Shown: positions 54,439 through 64,000 of the stretch, in pieces
How positions within the stretch are numbered: position 1 is the stretch's first letter
Layout: every line of letters begins with the position of its first letter
DNA from: an uncultured Candidatus Saccharibacteria bacterium
Lineage (GTDB): Bacteria > Patescibacteriota > Saccharimonadia > CAILAD01 > GCA-016700035
Assembly (NCBI GenBank): GCA_964391595.1
Contig: CAYMMM010000001.1
Location: 4,708-68,707, forward strand
Length of the DNA: 64,000 nucleotides
Direction of reading: 5' to 3'
Program-made: the position numbers and the translations under genes
The notes under the pieces: model-generated
What the model was told of the DNA's origin: nothing
The model's input: the letters and a program-made list of their open reading frames with translations, nothing else
Databases searched by the model: none

Positions 54439-56121
54439 ATGACCGATTCCGACAAAATGTTTGAGGGTGCGAGCGAGTACTCAGTTACGGCAGAGCTCAT
54501 AAGCCCCATTACGCTGCTGTCGGCCGCACTCTTGGCGATTGATTACATCCGCGGTATGACCTTTGCCACTTCGCCGCAGTTGGTGTTTATCTTCGTTGGG
54601 CTTCTGGTAGTTACATCTCTCGTACTTTTCATCCCCGCTTTAAAGTTTGGTAAGCGGCATGCCATCTATCTCATTATCTACCACATCACTCTAGCATTTG
54701 CGCTGATATTTATCGTCAATACTCAGTCGTATTATCTGCTGCTCTGGGTACTGCTAGCGTACATTACGAGCAATTATTATCAGGTTTGGGGCCTTACAAC
54801 CACGCTCGCGCTACTCTTAGTTGTGATGATCGCTAGTGTTAGCTATCAGGCGCATGGCCTCACAGTGACACATGTCCTCGATATTCTGCCGGCATACACC
54901 ATGGTGGCTGCGCTTTGCACTCTCCTTGCGCGCATTGGCCTAGGGAATCGCAAACAGCGACTTGCCATGAAGCAAAAAATCACACAGGCAGGATACGAGC
55001 ACGAACGCCTCATTGCCCTCATTAACTCAGTAAGTGAGGCGGTGATTGCAATCAATCAAGAGGGTCAGATTACTCTCTTTAATGCAGCTGCACTCGATCT
55101 GATTGACACAAATATGGAGCTTACGGGACAAGCTATAAACAACGTTCTGCGCTTGCGTGATGAGAAGAACAATGGCATTGATATGCTCAAGCTCATTCGA
55201 GATACCAAGTACATTCAACGACGAAGTGACTTGATCATGCCCGTTGGTAGCGATGACCACATTGCTCTTGATGTAAATATCAGCCGCGTGTCGATCACAG
55301 CACCGATGACGCAGAAGCAAGAAGGCTACATTCTCCTCCTGCGCGACATCACGCAAGAAAAGTCACTGGATGAAGAGCGCGAACTCTTCATATCCGAAGT
55401 GAGCCACGAATTACGTACTCCCCTCACGATCGCAGAAGCCAACGTGTCGATGGCAGAATTGTCTGCAGGAAAACCAGACATGGATCGAACGAAGCTCGTA
55501 GAGGTCATCGCAAAAGCCCATAAGCAGATACTCTTCCTTGCTGATATGGTTAATGATCTCTCCACCTTATCGCGGGCTCAAAGACCAGATGCTGAGATGG
55601 ACGTTGCCACGTTCCTAGTGCAAGAGGTTATTGATGAGCTCATACGTACGTATGCCCCGCAGGCTCAGAAGAAGAATCTCTACTTACATGCTCAAGTTGC
55701 ACCAGATTTGCCACAAGTAACGACCTCCAGGCTTTATTTCAAAGAAATCATGCAAAACTTCATCACGAATGCGATCAAATACACGCCTTCTGGAGGTGTG
55801 ACTGTGATCGCGCAGCTCGCCAATGATCATACACTGCAGATAGGTGTACGCGACACCGGTATTGGCATTTCGAAAAGTGAACTGAATAAAGTGTATGAGA
55901 AGTTCTGGCGCTCAGAGGATCCATATACGCGCCAGACAAGTGGCACCGGTCTTGGTCTCTTCATCACTGCAAAGCTCGCAAAACGCATTGGTGCACAACT
56001 GAATCTCGAGAGTGAGCTCAAGAAGGGATCGACTTTCAGCCTGCTCTTACCTGTTGTTGCCGTTAAGGATGTAGACGTCAAGAACTTGGTTAAAGAAGAA
56101 GTTCAACACCTCTATGAGTAG
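54439..56121 (+). CDS. Membrane-bound sensor histidine kinase (multi-TM sensor, PAS, HisKA, HATPase)
   Basis: 560 aa with an H-box (VSHELRTPLT), a G2 box (GTGLGL) and 5-6 N-terminal TM helices. Confidence 0.85.
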   Translation: MTDSDKMFEGASEYSVTAELISPITLLSAALLAIDYIRGMTFATSPQLVFIFVGLLVVTSLVLFIPALKFGKRHAIYLIIYHITLAFALIFIVNTQSYYLLLWVLLAYITSNYYQVWGLTTTLALLLVVMIASVSYQAHGLTVTHVLDILPAYTMVAALCTLLARIGLGNRKQRLAMKQKITQAGYEHERLIALINSVSEAVIAINQEGQITLFNAAALDLIDTNMELTGQAINNVLRLRDEKNNGIDMLKLIRDTKYIQRRSDLIMPVGSDDHIALDVNISRVSITAPMTQKQEGYILLLRDITQEKSLDEERELFISEVSHELRTPLTIAEANVSMAELSAGKPDMDRTKLVEVIAKAHKQILFLADMVNDLSTLSRAQRPDAEMDVATFLVQEVIDELIRTYAPQAQKKNLYLHAQVAPDLPQVTTSRLYFKEIMQNFITNAIKYTPSGGVTVIAQLANDHTLQIGVRDTGIGISKSELNKVYEKFWRSEDPYTRQTSGTGLGLFITAKLAKRIGAQLNLESELKKGSTFSLLLPVVAVKDVDVKNLVKEEVQHLYE

Positions 56122-56140
56122 CCTGCACTTGCCGCAAGAT

Positions 56141-56869
56141 CTATGATTTTGCGATAGTCTGTGACTCTTTGCGGCGTATAGCACTGGCAACAAGTAGCAA
56201 GAATGCGAGCAATAAGAAGCCGATAATCATCGATGCGGTATATCCGTACGACTGCATGTCAAATGACAAGATTGGCTGGGATACAAACAGAGCTCCGACT
56301 ATTCCGAAAAATGCAGCGAAGGCTAGGAGTCTCCATTTGAGACCGGATGAGTTTGGTAATTTGAAAGCTTGCTTGCCGAAGTGAATGGCAATAATGATCA
56401 GAGATAGAAAATCTACCGCCGTAGCCACAGCGTACGAAAACGGGTAAGCAAAATCGAGAAAAGCATGGCCATTTTTCATAATTATCTGTGTATTGTATGG
56501 GATATTTGCCAGATATGAGGTACTTGCGCAAACACCAGCTAAGATAGTTGCGGCTAGAATTGCCGCCAACTCTAATGGCTTATTACCGCTGAGGTAGATC
56601 CGAATCACGATAAGCCATATCAGATACAATGAGAAATATTGGAAGAGGTCACCGATAAATATTGCCTTACCTATCAAACTACCATCTGTCGTGAAGGTTA
56701 CGGGTATGACATAAATTGTCAGTGCTGCTGCCATCAAGAACCCGGCAACAGATAAGTTTTTGGTTATCTGGTTTGGGCGTTTTTTTGCAGACCGCCATCC
56801 ACTAACTCCAAGAAGTAGCATTACCGGTATACCTACATACCATTGGAGGACATTTGTGGGAATCTGCAT
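56141..56869 (-). CDS. Polytopic membrane protein (hypothetical)
   Basis: The likely start is MQIPTNV at ATG 56867-56869. The listed ORF extends into the tRNA gene. Confidence 0.5.
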   Translation of the reverse strand: MQIPTNVLQWYVGIPVMLLLGVSGWRSAKKRPNQITKNLSVAGFLMAAALTIYVIPVTFTTDGSLIGKAIFIGDLFQYFSLYLIWLIVIRIYLSGNKPLELAAILAATILAGVCASTSYLANIPYNTQIIMKNGHAFLDFAYPFSYAVATAVDFLSLIIIAIHFGKQAFKLPNSSGLKWRLLAFAAFFGIVGALFVSQPILSFDMQSYGYTASMIIGFLLLAFLLLVASAIRRKESQTIAKS

Positions 56870-56947
56870 GATAGCTCTAGTATATCGCAAGGACAAGGAA
56901 TCAAAAAGCTCACGCTTATGTACGTGAGCAATATATCTTGCATTATC

Positions 56948-57023
56948 TGGAGCCCGCGAGAGGAATCGAACCCCCAACCTACGGTTTACAAAACCGTTGC
57001 TCTGCCAATTGAGCTACGCGGGC
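56948..57023 (-). tRNA. tRNA-Thr (anticodon UGU), CCA encoded
   Basis: The reverse complement folds as GCCCGCG...anticodon loop UUUGUAA...T-loop UUCGAUU...CGCGGGC U CCA. Confidence 0.85.
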
Positions 57024-57093
57024 AAAAAATACGCTATCACTTACTACTGATGCACTTAATTAGGAGATCACGTAGCCGGCACATTATCTCATA

Positions 57094-57612
57094 TTATCTC
57101 ACTTTCGACCACATTTTCGCCGCCAACATGAGGATCATATACTCGTGCCCAGAAGTCATCTCATCAATAGATAATTCGCTCGGAAACTTCCAGATAAACC
57201 GCGATACTTCATCGGAGGCTCTAAAATCTCGATTCTGTAAGGTACTGTAGAAAAGGAAACCCAGTCTTTGTCTCGGGTCTCCTTCCTCGGCATGATTATC
57301 TGACCGACTCCCTACATACTTTAGTTCGCTATAATCATCTTGTTTTAGGCCAAGCTCCTCACGTATTTCACGCTGTGCAGCATCCTCAATTGTCTCCTCA
57401 AGATCAACGAAACCACCAGGGAGATTGAGTTTGCCTTTGCAGGGTGAGTTCTTTCGCACACCAAGCAGTACTTTGCCCGCTTCATCGAAGAATGCAACGT
57501 CTACTGTTGGTATAGGGTTTGCAAACTGGTGTCGCCCGCATGATGAGCACTTCCAATGCAGGTTGGTTTCTATAGAGAGCAATTTGCTTCCGCAGCGTGA
57601 GCAGTAATTCAT
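57094..57612 (-). CDS. NUDIX hydrolase with an N-terminal zinc ribbon
   Basis: 172 aa with CSRCG...CSSCG and a Nudix box (GGFVDLEETIEDAAQREIREELG). Confidence 0.8.
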   Translation of the reverse strand: MNYCSRCGSKLLSIETNLHWKCSSCGRHQFANPIPTVDVAFFDEAGKVLLGVRKNSPCKGKLNLPGGFVDLEETIEDAAQREIREELGLKQDDYSELKYVGSRSDNHAEEGDPRQRLGFLFYSTLQNRDFRASDEVSRFIWKFPSELSIDEMTSGHEYMILMLAAKMWSKVR

Positions 57613-57623
57613 AAATTAATTGA

Positions 57624-57710
57624 TGGTGCAGGGGGAGGGATTCGAACCCCCGAAGGCATAAAGCCGACAGATTTACAGTCTGTTGCGTTTGACCGCTTCG
57701 CTACCCCTGC
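57624..57710 (-). tRNA. tRNA-Tyr (anticodon GUA), long variable arm, CCA encoded
   Basis: The reverse complement has acceptor GCAGGGG, anticodon stem-loop ACAGA-CUGUAAA-UCUGU, a long extra arm, T-loop UUCGAAU, and ends CCCCUGC A CCA. Confidence 0.8.
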
Positions 57711-57722
57711 ATAGTTGTGTTC

Positions 57723-57797
<75 letters not shown>

Positions 57798-57860
57798 ATC
57801 ATTTGCTCCGACAATTCTACGTATTTGTATGTCAAACTACACCAAGAAAGCTTACCATTT

Positions 57861-58532
57861 TTACGTCTTTCTTTCAATAATTTGTTGCCTCCACGAAGCA
57901 GCTTGTTGTGGCTGATTATGATCGCTGTACCAGTGGACTATTGCTTGCACTATGGATGCATCATTTTTATCAAGCTCATGGGCCGCAAGTAAGGCCTCCA
58001 GTTGCTTCTGTGGCTGATTCCTGAGCCCGTACAGCTTGCTTATGGCAATGAAGCGAGCAAGTGTAGGCTCAAGCTCAATCGCCTGCTCCATAGCCTGTAT
58101 GGACGTATCGAATTGGCGCGTGTGATACAGTATAGTGCTGTAATTATGAAGATCGGCGGCAGTAGTTTCGCGCTGCATAACAAGCTCAAGGCATTCTTGT
58201 GCATCTCCGTAATTTCGCGAATATGAATATATCATCGCCAGTCTACGGTATGCGGTGAGGTTTTTGTGATCGAGCTTCAGTACGCGTAAAAACGCTTTTT
58301 CGGCCGGGCCCCACTTACGCTCTTTATAATATCGCTCAGCTGTTTCGATAAGCCGACCCAACTCCGATTCATGCGTCACTATCGAGTTATCAGCCCCGGC
58401 ATTGAGAAAATGAGCTAGTTGATTATACGAGCTACGTGATAGCCTCCAGCTGATGAAGCCAAACACAACAAATACTAGTATTGGGAGCATTAAGGTCATG
58501 CACGACCCTCCTGTGCAGCATGGACCGCCCAA
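57861..58532 (-). CDS. TPR-repeat protein with an N-terminal membrane anchor
   Basis: 223 aa with one N-terminal TM helix followed by 3-4 TPR-like repeats. Confidence 0.6.
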   Translation of the reverse strand: MGGPCCTGGSCMTLMLPILVFVVFGFISWRLSRSSYNQLAHFLNAGADNSIVTHESELGRLIETAERYYKERKWGPAEKAFLRVLKLDHKNLTAYRRLAMIYSYSRNYGDAQECLELVMQRETTAADLHNYSTILYHTRQFDTSIQAMEQAIELEPTLARFIAISKLYGLRNQPQKQLEALLAAHELDKNDASIVQAIVHWYSDHNQPQQAASWRQQIIERKT

Positions 58533-59134
58533 GCTTCAAGTAAGAGACGATAATTTGGCACATTCTGGACGTACTGATCATAATGAGTCAGCCACTTAAG
58601 CTCAGCAAAACGTTTTTCGTGACGCAAACTTAGTACAAGATCATGATAAGCCGTAGCAAGCGACTGTGCTTCGTGCAGCATTGTTATGAGTGATAGTCGC
58701 TCGCCAACAGTCTTCGCTTCCACAAGTATCGATGGCTCATAGTTTTCTGCCGCAGGCTTGACGGTACGTATAGCTGTCCGCGATCGGATCGTGGGCAGTA
58801 AGTTTGCGGCAGAACGTGCAGTGAGCAAAAACGTCGATCGTGGCGGTGGCTCTTCAAGAAGCTTCAAGAGTGCGTTTGCAGCTTCTTTGTTCATCGTATC
58901 AGCCTGGAAGATCACGACCCAGCGCTGCTGATCTGAAGCCGTCGTAAGTGCGAGATCCGATATTACATCAAGGATTTGCTTGCGAATGATCTTATTATTC
59001 TCGGGGCGAACAATGCGCACATGTGGGTGCGTAAGGGCACTATCAGGAGGACAACTCAAGACATCGGCAATATGCTCAGCAATGATGTGCTCGACAGCGT
59101 TAGTATTTATTCCGGTGTATGTAATCGCATGCAT
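58496..59134 (-). CDS. DNA polymerase III delta-prime-like (HolB-like) short protein
   Basis: 212 aa with an AANALLKLLEEPPPRSTFLL box and an SRT sensor-2 (TIRSRTA). A canonical P-loop is lacking. Confidence 0.6.
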   Translation of the reverse strand: MHAITYTGINTNAVEHIIAEHIADVLSCPPDSALTHPHVRIVRPENNKIIRKQILDVISDLALTTASDQQRWVVIFQADTMNKEAANALLKLLEEPPPRSTFLLTARSAANLLPTIRSRTAIRTVKPAAENYEPSILVEAKTVGERLSLITMLHEAQSLATAYHDLVLSLRHEKRFAELKWLTHYDQYVQNVPNYRLLLEAWAVHAAQEGRA

Positions 59135-59164
59135 TGTTTTACGACGTAATGAGTAATGTTTCCT

Positions 59165-60082
59165 CTATTGTACCTGGTAATCAATATGAAAGTCTGCAAG
59201 TACAGACATAAAGTCTTCTCCCGGAGGTACAACAAAGGTTTGTATTTTGCCATTTGGTAAAGGCAGCTTCAGACTATAGGCATGAAGCATAAGCCGATAC
59301 CTCTTGTTTTCGCGCTGCCCATACATATCATCACCGACAATGGGATGTTGCAGCGCGGCAAGATGCACGCGAATCTGATGTGTGCGCCCAGTTGTCGGTC
59401 GCGCGAGTACAAGTGACGCTGCATCATTGCCCGTTAGATTTTGGATGTATGTCTCAGATGGCTTGCCAAGTGGGTCTACTTCCATCTGAGTTGCTTTGCG
59501 CGTTGAGCGAGATAATCCAAAATGTATTCGTTGGACACCGATGCTAACCTGTCCATGAACGAGGGCGAAGTATTCTTTGGTTACTGCTCGAGCCTTGAAG
59601 GCAGCTTGGAGAGATTGCTTGGCCGATTGATGCTTGGCTATGATCATAACGCCCGAGGTGTCCTTATCAAGACGATGTACGATGCCAGGGCGAATATTAT
59701 CCATATCTTGCACACGCGCAAGCATGCTGCCGGATACACTGGGCTCATGCGAGCCAAGCTTAGGATGCGTAATCAACCCTGAAGGTTTGTTGATAACCAA
59801 TACATCATCATCCTCATAGATAATTGGGATTTCGCTGGCGCTGGCGATCTGCTCGATACTTTGCCGATCTGGCTCACCTTCAACCACGAGCTGTTCACCG
59901 CCATGCAAAAGCTGGCTAGGTTTTACTACGCGCCCATCAACAGCTACCTTGCCTGCCTTCAGGTGCTTCTGCCACGCCGTCCGAGTAAAGTCTGGTCGAA
60001 GCTGATAAAGAGCACTGTCAATGCGTACGCCAGACATCTCCTCGCCCACCTCGATGATCGATCCCCCTCGCTCAGGTTTCAT
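59165..60082 (-). CDS. RluA-family 23S rRNA pseudouridine synthase (RluD-like) with an S4 domain
   Basis: 305 aa with the catalytic motif HRLDKDTSGVMIIAK. Confidence 0.85.
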   Translation of the reverse strand: MKPERGGSIIEVGEEMSGVRIDSALYQLRPDFTRTAWQKHLKAGKVAVDGRVVKPSQLLHGGEQLVVEGEPDRQSIEQIASASEIPIIYEDDDVLVINKPSGLITHPKLGSHEPSVSGSMLARVQDMDNIRPGIVHRLDKDTSGVMIIAKHQSAKQSLQAAFKARAVTKEYFALVHGQVSIGVQRIHFGLSRSTRKATQMEVDPLGKPSETYIQNLTGNDAASLVLARPTTGRTHQIRVHLAALQHPIVGDDMYGQRENKRYRLMLHAYSLKLPLPNGKIQTFVVPPGEDFMSVLADFHIDYQVQ

Positions 60083-61063
60083 CTAGACGAGCTCGTGCAC
60101 TTGCTTGAGTTGCTCGTGCGTACCCATGACAACCAAGCGGTCACCAGCATATACGGTCTCGTTTCCAGACGGATTGACTTTACTCATTCCGTCGGCAGCA
60201 TTGAGCGCAAGTACGGTCGCCCCGACACGCTCATGGTAGAGGTCATTGAGTGATTTACCGGCCATCTTGCTATGATGTGGTACATGAATTTCCTCGACGT
60301 GCAGCTCACTATTATCATTTGATGAGAGTACTTCCAGAAAATCAACCGCGTTTGGTCGGGTGAGCATGGTTGCCATATGGTATGCGCCGATTTGATATGG
60401 AAGAGCTGTCCTGTCAGCACCCGCGCGTTGCATGCGCTGACGATTTTCTTCTCGATTCACTCTCGAAACTATAAATATGTCTGGGTTGAGCTGTCTGCTT
60501 GCTAGGGTTACAAACAGGTTTGTACTGTCGTCTCCAAGCGAGGCGACGATCCCCCGTGCGCGCTCAATGCCCACAGCTTTTAATACTTCCTCGTCTGACG
60601 AATCTCCCAGCAATGCTATGTGTCCTTTTGCGATAGCTTGCTTAACGCGCTCTTCATTCGTATCAAGCGCAACATACGTGATGCCTTCATCACGCAATTC
60701 TTCAGCTACCTGTGCACCAACTCTGCCGAGTCCACAGACAATATAGTGCTGTTTCATTTTCGCTACTTTGCTACGCATTTGATGTCGTTTGAGTCCGTCT
60801 CCTAACCCTACTATATAGTCTGCCAAAACCTTAAGCAAATATGCCACAACAACTATCGAGCTCATCACGAGCACCACTACCAAGACTCTACTAGCCGGAT
60901 CTTTAAAGCCATGGTGATCGAAATGACTCAATAAAATCATTATTGTTTCATAGAATGACTCCCAAGGAGTGAGATCGGAGGTAATAGTAAAGCCTATCGT
61001 GCCGCCAGCGATGAGGAGGCATGTAAAGAGGAAGATCTTGCGGATAAGTTTGCTATCAACCAT
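60083..61063 (-). CDS. Two-TM ion channel with an RCK/TrkA-N domain (Kch/MthK-like) and a non-canonical pore filter
   Basis: 326 aa with an RCK Rossmann motif (IVCGLGRVG). The pore region is SFYETIMILLSHFDHHGFKD where a canonical TVGYGD would sit. Confidence 0.7.
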   Translation of the reverse strand: MVDSKLIRKIFLFTCLLIAGGTIGFTITSDLTPWESFYETIMILLSHFDHHGFKDPASRVLVVVLVMSSIVVVAYLLKVLADYIVGLGDGLKRHQMRSKVAKMKQHYIVCGLGRVGAQVAEELRDEGITYVALDTNEERVKQAIAKGHIALLGDSSDEEVLKAVGIERARGIVASLGDDSTNLFVTLASRQLNPDIFIVSRVNREENRQRMQRAGADRTALPYQIGAYHMATMLTRPNAVDFLEVLSSNDNSELHVEEIHVPHHSKMAGKSLNDLYHERVGATVLALNAADGMSKVNPSGNETVYAGDRLVVMGTHEQLKQVHELV

Positions 61064-61153
61064 AAGCGCTTCATTGTATTATACCTGGTTTGATTGTGGG
61101 CGCCTAACAAATATAGCCCCGAATGAGGCTTTATTTGTTTATCGTCTGCAAGA

Positions 61154-61555
61154 CTAGCGTTTTGAGAACTGAGGGGCTTTACGCGCTTTCTTAAGCCCGT
61201 ATTTCTTGCGTTCTTTTTCGCGCGGATCACGAGTGAGATGGCCGGCCTTCTTGAGGCTGAGGCGAAAATCATCGCTCATTTCTACGAGCGCACGAGCTAT
61301 GCCGAGACGAATTGCGTCGACTTGTCCGCGCTTCCCCCCGCCTTCAACACGAATGATAGCATCGAGCTGGCTTTGCTTGCTCACTTGCTCGAGTGGTGAA
61401 GCCATGAGCTTAATGAGCGTGTCGTTATTGAAGTACTCACCAGCCGGAATAGTATTTACAGTGATTGCGCCCTTGCCAGGCATGAGTCGCACAGTTGCGA
61501 CGGCGGCCTTGCGACGACCAACGGCATAATAATACTGTTTCTTGGTTTCAGCCAT
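61154..61555 (-). CDS. rpsI: Ribosomal protein uS9
   Basis: The preferred start is MAETKKQYYYAVGRRK at ATG 61553-61555, 2 nt after the rplM stop. The C-terminus is ...KKARKAPQFSKR. Confidence 0.85.
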   Translation of the reverse strand: MAETKKQYYYAVGRRKAAVATVRLMPGKGAITVNTIPAGEYFNNDTLIKLMASPLEQVSKQSQLDAIIRVEGGGKRGQVDAIRLGIARALVEMSDDFRLSLKKAGHLTRDPREKERKKYGLKKARKAPQFSKR

Positions 61556-61557
61556 AC

Positions 61558-62010
61558 TTATTTGACCTTCCATTCTTTAGGTTGCTGAGCAGTATGTGGG
61601 TGTTCGCTGCCAGCATGAATATGCAAGCGTCCAAGCATATGGCGAGCGAGCTTATTCTTGGGGAGCATGCCTTTTACTGCAGTCTGCAACACGCGCTCTG
61701 GGTGCTTCTCGAGCTGTTCTTGCAGTGAGACTTCTTTAATGCCGCCCGGATATCCGCTGTGTCGATAGTATTTCTTGTCAACCAACTTATTGCCTGTGAC
61801 AGCAACTTTCTCAGCGTTAATCACGATAACGCAGTCACCTACTAGTGCATGTGGACTGTATTGTGGTTTGTCTTTGCCCATAAGCTTCATGGCAATCTGA
61901 GTAGCAAGACGACCAAGCACTACATCTGTAGCGTCGACAATATACCAGTCAGGCTTCACTTCAAGTGGCTTCGGCACGTATGAGCGGTTATCTTTGGTGA
62001 TCAAGCTCAT
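61558..62010 (-). CDS. rplM: Ribosomal protein uL13
   Basis: 150 aa and L13-like. Confidence 0.9.
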   Translation of the reverse strand: MSLITKDNRSYVPKPLEVKPDWYIVDATDVVLGRLATQIAMKLMGKDKPQYSPHALVGDCVIVINAEKVAVTGNKLVDKKYYRHSGYPGGIKEVSLQEQLEKHPERVLQTAVKGMLPKNKLARHMLGRLHIHAGSEHPHTAQQPKEWKVK

Positions 62011-62480
62011 TGTTTTTTCTCCTTAGCCGTTTCTTTTGCGACAGGCTTAGCTGTTTTTTTAGTATCTTTAGCGACAGCGACTTTTTCGGCTTGGATTTTC
62101 TTAATTTTATCCTCAAAATCGTCATCCAAGAGTAAGCTAACCTTAACCATCGGGGCTGCGTCACCTCGACGATATCCTGTTGCTATTAAGCTAGTGTACC
62201 CAGAGGGCCGACTCTGAAATCCATGAACGAGTTCTTGAGTCAACTTCTCAGCCGCGACCTTTGAACCAAGATCAGCATGGATGCGACGGATATCATGTAG
62301 TCCACCGCGCTTTGCACGCGTGACAAGACGATCAAAGACTGGCTTAATCGCCTTTGCTTTTGACTCGGTCGTTTCTATTGACTCATAGAGTACGAGTGAT
62401 TCGAGTAAACCCTTGATCACCGCTGATCGTGGGCCGATCTTGCGTGAGAGCTTAGAGGTTGTGTGGTAGTGAGCGTGCAT
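62007..62480 (-). CDS. rplQ: Ribosomal protein bL17 with a K/A-rich C-terminal tail
   Basis: 157 aa with an L17 core and a ~35-aa basic C-terminal extension. Confidence 0.85.
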   Translation of the reverse strand: MHAHYHTTSKLSRKIGPRSAVIKGLLESLVLYESIETTESKAKAIKPVFDRLVTRAKRGGLHDIRRIHADLGSKVAAEKLTQELVHGFQSRPSGYTSLIATGYRRGDAAPMVKVSLLLDDDFEDKIKKIQAEKVAVAKDTKKTAKPVAKETAKEKKQ

Positions 62481-62504
62481 ACGATTTATTCCTTCGAGCC
62501 TAGC

Positions 62505-63446
62505 CTATTCGGCGAGCGCAATCCCCATTTCTTCGAGTTTTTCGAGGACTTCTTCAAAAGCTTTTTGACCAAAGCCCTTGAGAGACTTGATGTCGCCCTT
62601 AGAAAGCTGTGTCAGATCACTGACAGTGAGAATGTCGTTATTGATGAGGGCATTGGTAGTGCGTTGGCTCATCGAGAGTTCTTCGATGGCGATCTGTCCG
62701 TGCTCAGCTTCCGCCTTTGCTTCGGCAGTCATGATGCCTTCAACACCGACCGACACTACGTTCATGCCAGCCAACACCTGGAAGTGTCCGACGAGGATCT
62801 GTGCTGTCTGCTGCATAGCGTCGGCAGGAGTAACGCTACCGTCAGTCTCAACTTCCATGACAAGACTGTCAAGGTTGGTCATCTGACCTACACGAGTGTT
62901 TTCGATGTCAAAACGTACACGCTTAATTGGTGTATAGATTGCATCGACTGCAATGTAGCCGATTGGCAGCTTTTCAGAACCACGAGTTTCTACGGGGCTG
63001 TATCCACGCCCTTGCTCAACGCGCAATTCAATTTCGATTTTGCCCTTGGCATCATCGATATAGCAGAGTTCGAGATCCTTATTGATCACTTTCACTTCAT
63101 CAGATTCTTTGATGTCACCAGCGGTAACCATGCCTTTACCTGATTTACTGAGGGTAATGAATGCTGCTTCTTCACCGTGATAAGAAACTTTGAGCTGTTT
63201 GATATTTAGAATCAAAGTGATGACATCTTCTCGGATGCCCTTGATGGTAGTAAACTCGTGGTCTACTCCCTCGATCTTAACTGCAGTTACGGCTGCACCT
63301 GCCAAGCTTGACAGTAAGACGCGGCGCATAGAGTTGCCGATAGTCATACCATAGCCTGGGTACAGAGGTTCTACAGTGAAGCGGCTCGCTACTTCTGAGA
63401 GCTGCTCCTCTTTCATTTCTGGTAGGTTAATGTCGTAAAGCGCCAT
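62505..63446 (-). CDS. rpoA: DNA-directed RNA polymerase subunit alpha
   Basis: 313 aa with an alpha N-terminal domain and a C-terminal domain (helix-hairpin-helix). Confidence 0.9.
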   Translation of the reverse strand: MALYDINLPEMKEEQLSEVASRFTVEPLYPGYGMTIGNSMRRVLLSSLAGAAVTAVKIEGVDHEFTTIKGIREDVITLILNIKQLKVSYHGEEAAFITLSKSGKGMVTAGDIKESDEVKVINKDLELCYIDDAKGKIEIELRVEQGRGYSPVETRGSEKLPIGYIAVDAIYTPIKRVRFDIENTRVGQMTNLDSLVMEVETDGSVTPADAMQQTAQILVGHFQVLAGMNVVSVGVEGIMTAEAKAEAEHGQIAIEELSMSQRTTNALINNDILTVSDLTQLSKGDIKSLKGFGQKAFEEVLEKLEEMGIALAE

Positions 63447-63468
63447 GATAACTCCTCATTAGTTTGGT

Positions 63469-64000
63469 TTAACGCGAGTAGAACTCGATGATTAATTGCT
63501 CTTCGATGAAATTGTCGCTATCCTCGCGCAATGGCAAGCTAGTAACAGTTCCGGTTAATTTCTTGGGGTCTAACGTAAGCCAGCTAGGCATTTCTTGCCC
63601 TTTTAGGGCTTCTGCGCGTTCCGTAAAGTATGCATTCTTTTGGCTGGATGGCTTGATTGAAATCTCATCCCCTACCTTGACGGCCGCTGACGGGATGTTG
63701 ATTTTCTTCCCATTCAAGCGAATATGTGCGTGACTTACGAGCTGACGGGCCGCTTGGCGAGATGGCGCGAAGCCAAGGCGGTACACGGCATTATCGAGTC
63801 GTAGCTCGAGAAGCCGTAAGAGATTCTCACCAGCGACACCTTCGCGACGGATCGCTTCTGTCACGTAGCGACGGAATTGCTTCTCCATTACTACGTATAG
63901 TCGCTTCACTTTTTGTTTTTCTCGCAACTGAACTGCATAGTCAGATGGTTTCGGACGCCGTGCCTGACCATGCTGGCCTGGAGCAAAGTTACGACGAGTG
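63469..64000 (-). CDS. rpsD: Ribosomal protein uS4; the 5' end runs off the right window edge
   Basis: The S4 domain is recognisable. My translation continues past the listed ORF start (..RRNFAPGQHGQARRPKPSDYAVQLREKQKVKRLY..) to the window end. Confidence 0.85.
   Translation of the reverse strand, partial: TRRNFAPGQHGQARRPKPSDYAVQLREKQKVKRLYVVMEKQFRRYVTEAIRREGVAGENLLRLLELRLDNAVYRLGFAPSRQAARQLVSHAHIRLNGKKINIPSAAVKVGDEISIKPSSQKNAYFTERAEALKGQEMPSWLTLDPKKLTGTVTSLPLREDSDNFIEEQLIIEFYSR

Overview
This 64-kb window comes from a bacterial chromosome, with genes mostly on the minus strand. From left to right it contains the following.
(1) A Gtr-type glycosylation cluster: two GT39/ArnT-like membrane glycosyltransferases flanking a GT2 polyprenol-phosphate sugar synthase and a GtrA-like protein.
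(2) dnaX-dnaB.
(3) The secE-nusG-rplK-rplA and rplJ-rplL ribosomal cluster. Between rplA and rplJ it is split by a ~3.5 kb insert that looks richer in G+C by eye. The insert is bounded by terminators and encodes a complete dCTP->dTDP thymidylate module (Dcd-like, Tmk, double-length ThyX-like).
(4) A carotenoid locus with C50-type architecture: crtE, crtB, crtI, two small lycopene-cyclase-domain genes, and a UbiA prenyltransferase fused to a GT2 glycosyltransferase.
(5) Transporters (P-type ATPase, APC, MacB-type ABC, MFS, AEC) and a few metabolic genes: LOG, 2-hydroxyacid dehydrogenase plus glycerate kinase, and phenylalanine 4-hydroxylase preceded by a Tyr-codon-rich leader ORF with terminator/antiterminator alternatives.
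(6) A signalling locus: PAS histidine kinase, FNR-like flavoprotein, five single-domain receiver proteins and a cellulose-synthase-like GT2.
(7) A second, ~0.8 kb strongly G+C-rich insert with high-GC (Actinobacteria-like) codon usage.
(8) tRNA-Trp(CCA), tRNA-Thr(UGU), tRNA-Tyr(GUA) and tRNA-Thr(GGU).
(9) rpsI-rplM-rplQ-rpoA-rpsD at the right edge.
I found no CRISPR array, transposase or integrase. The gene content suggests a small-genome, possibly Patescibacteria/Saccharibacteria-like organism. Supporting features are many stand-alone receivers with a KSNxSL tail, Gtr glycosylation, a type IV pilin and K/A/E-rich r-protein extensions. The organism assignment is an inference, not established. 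All coordinates and functions come from reading the sequence and the ORF track; I ran no database search.
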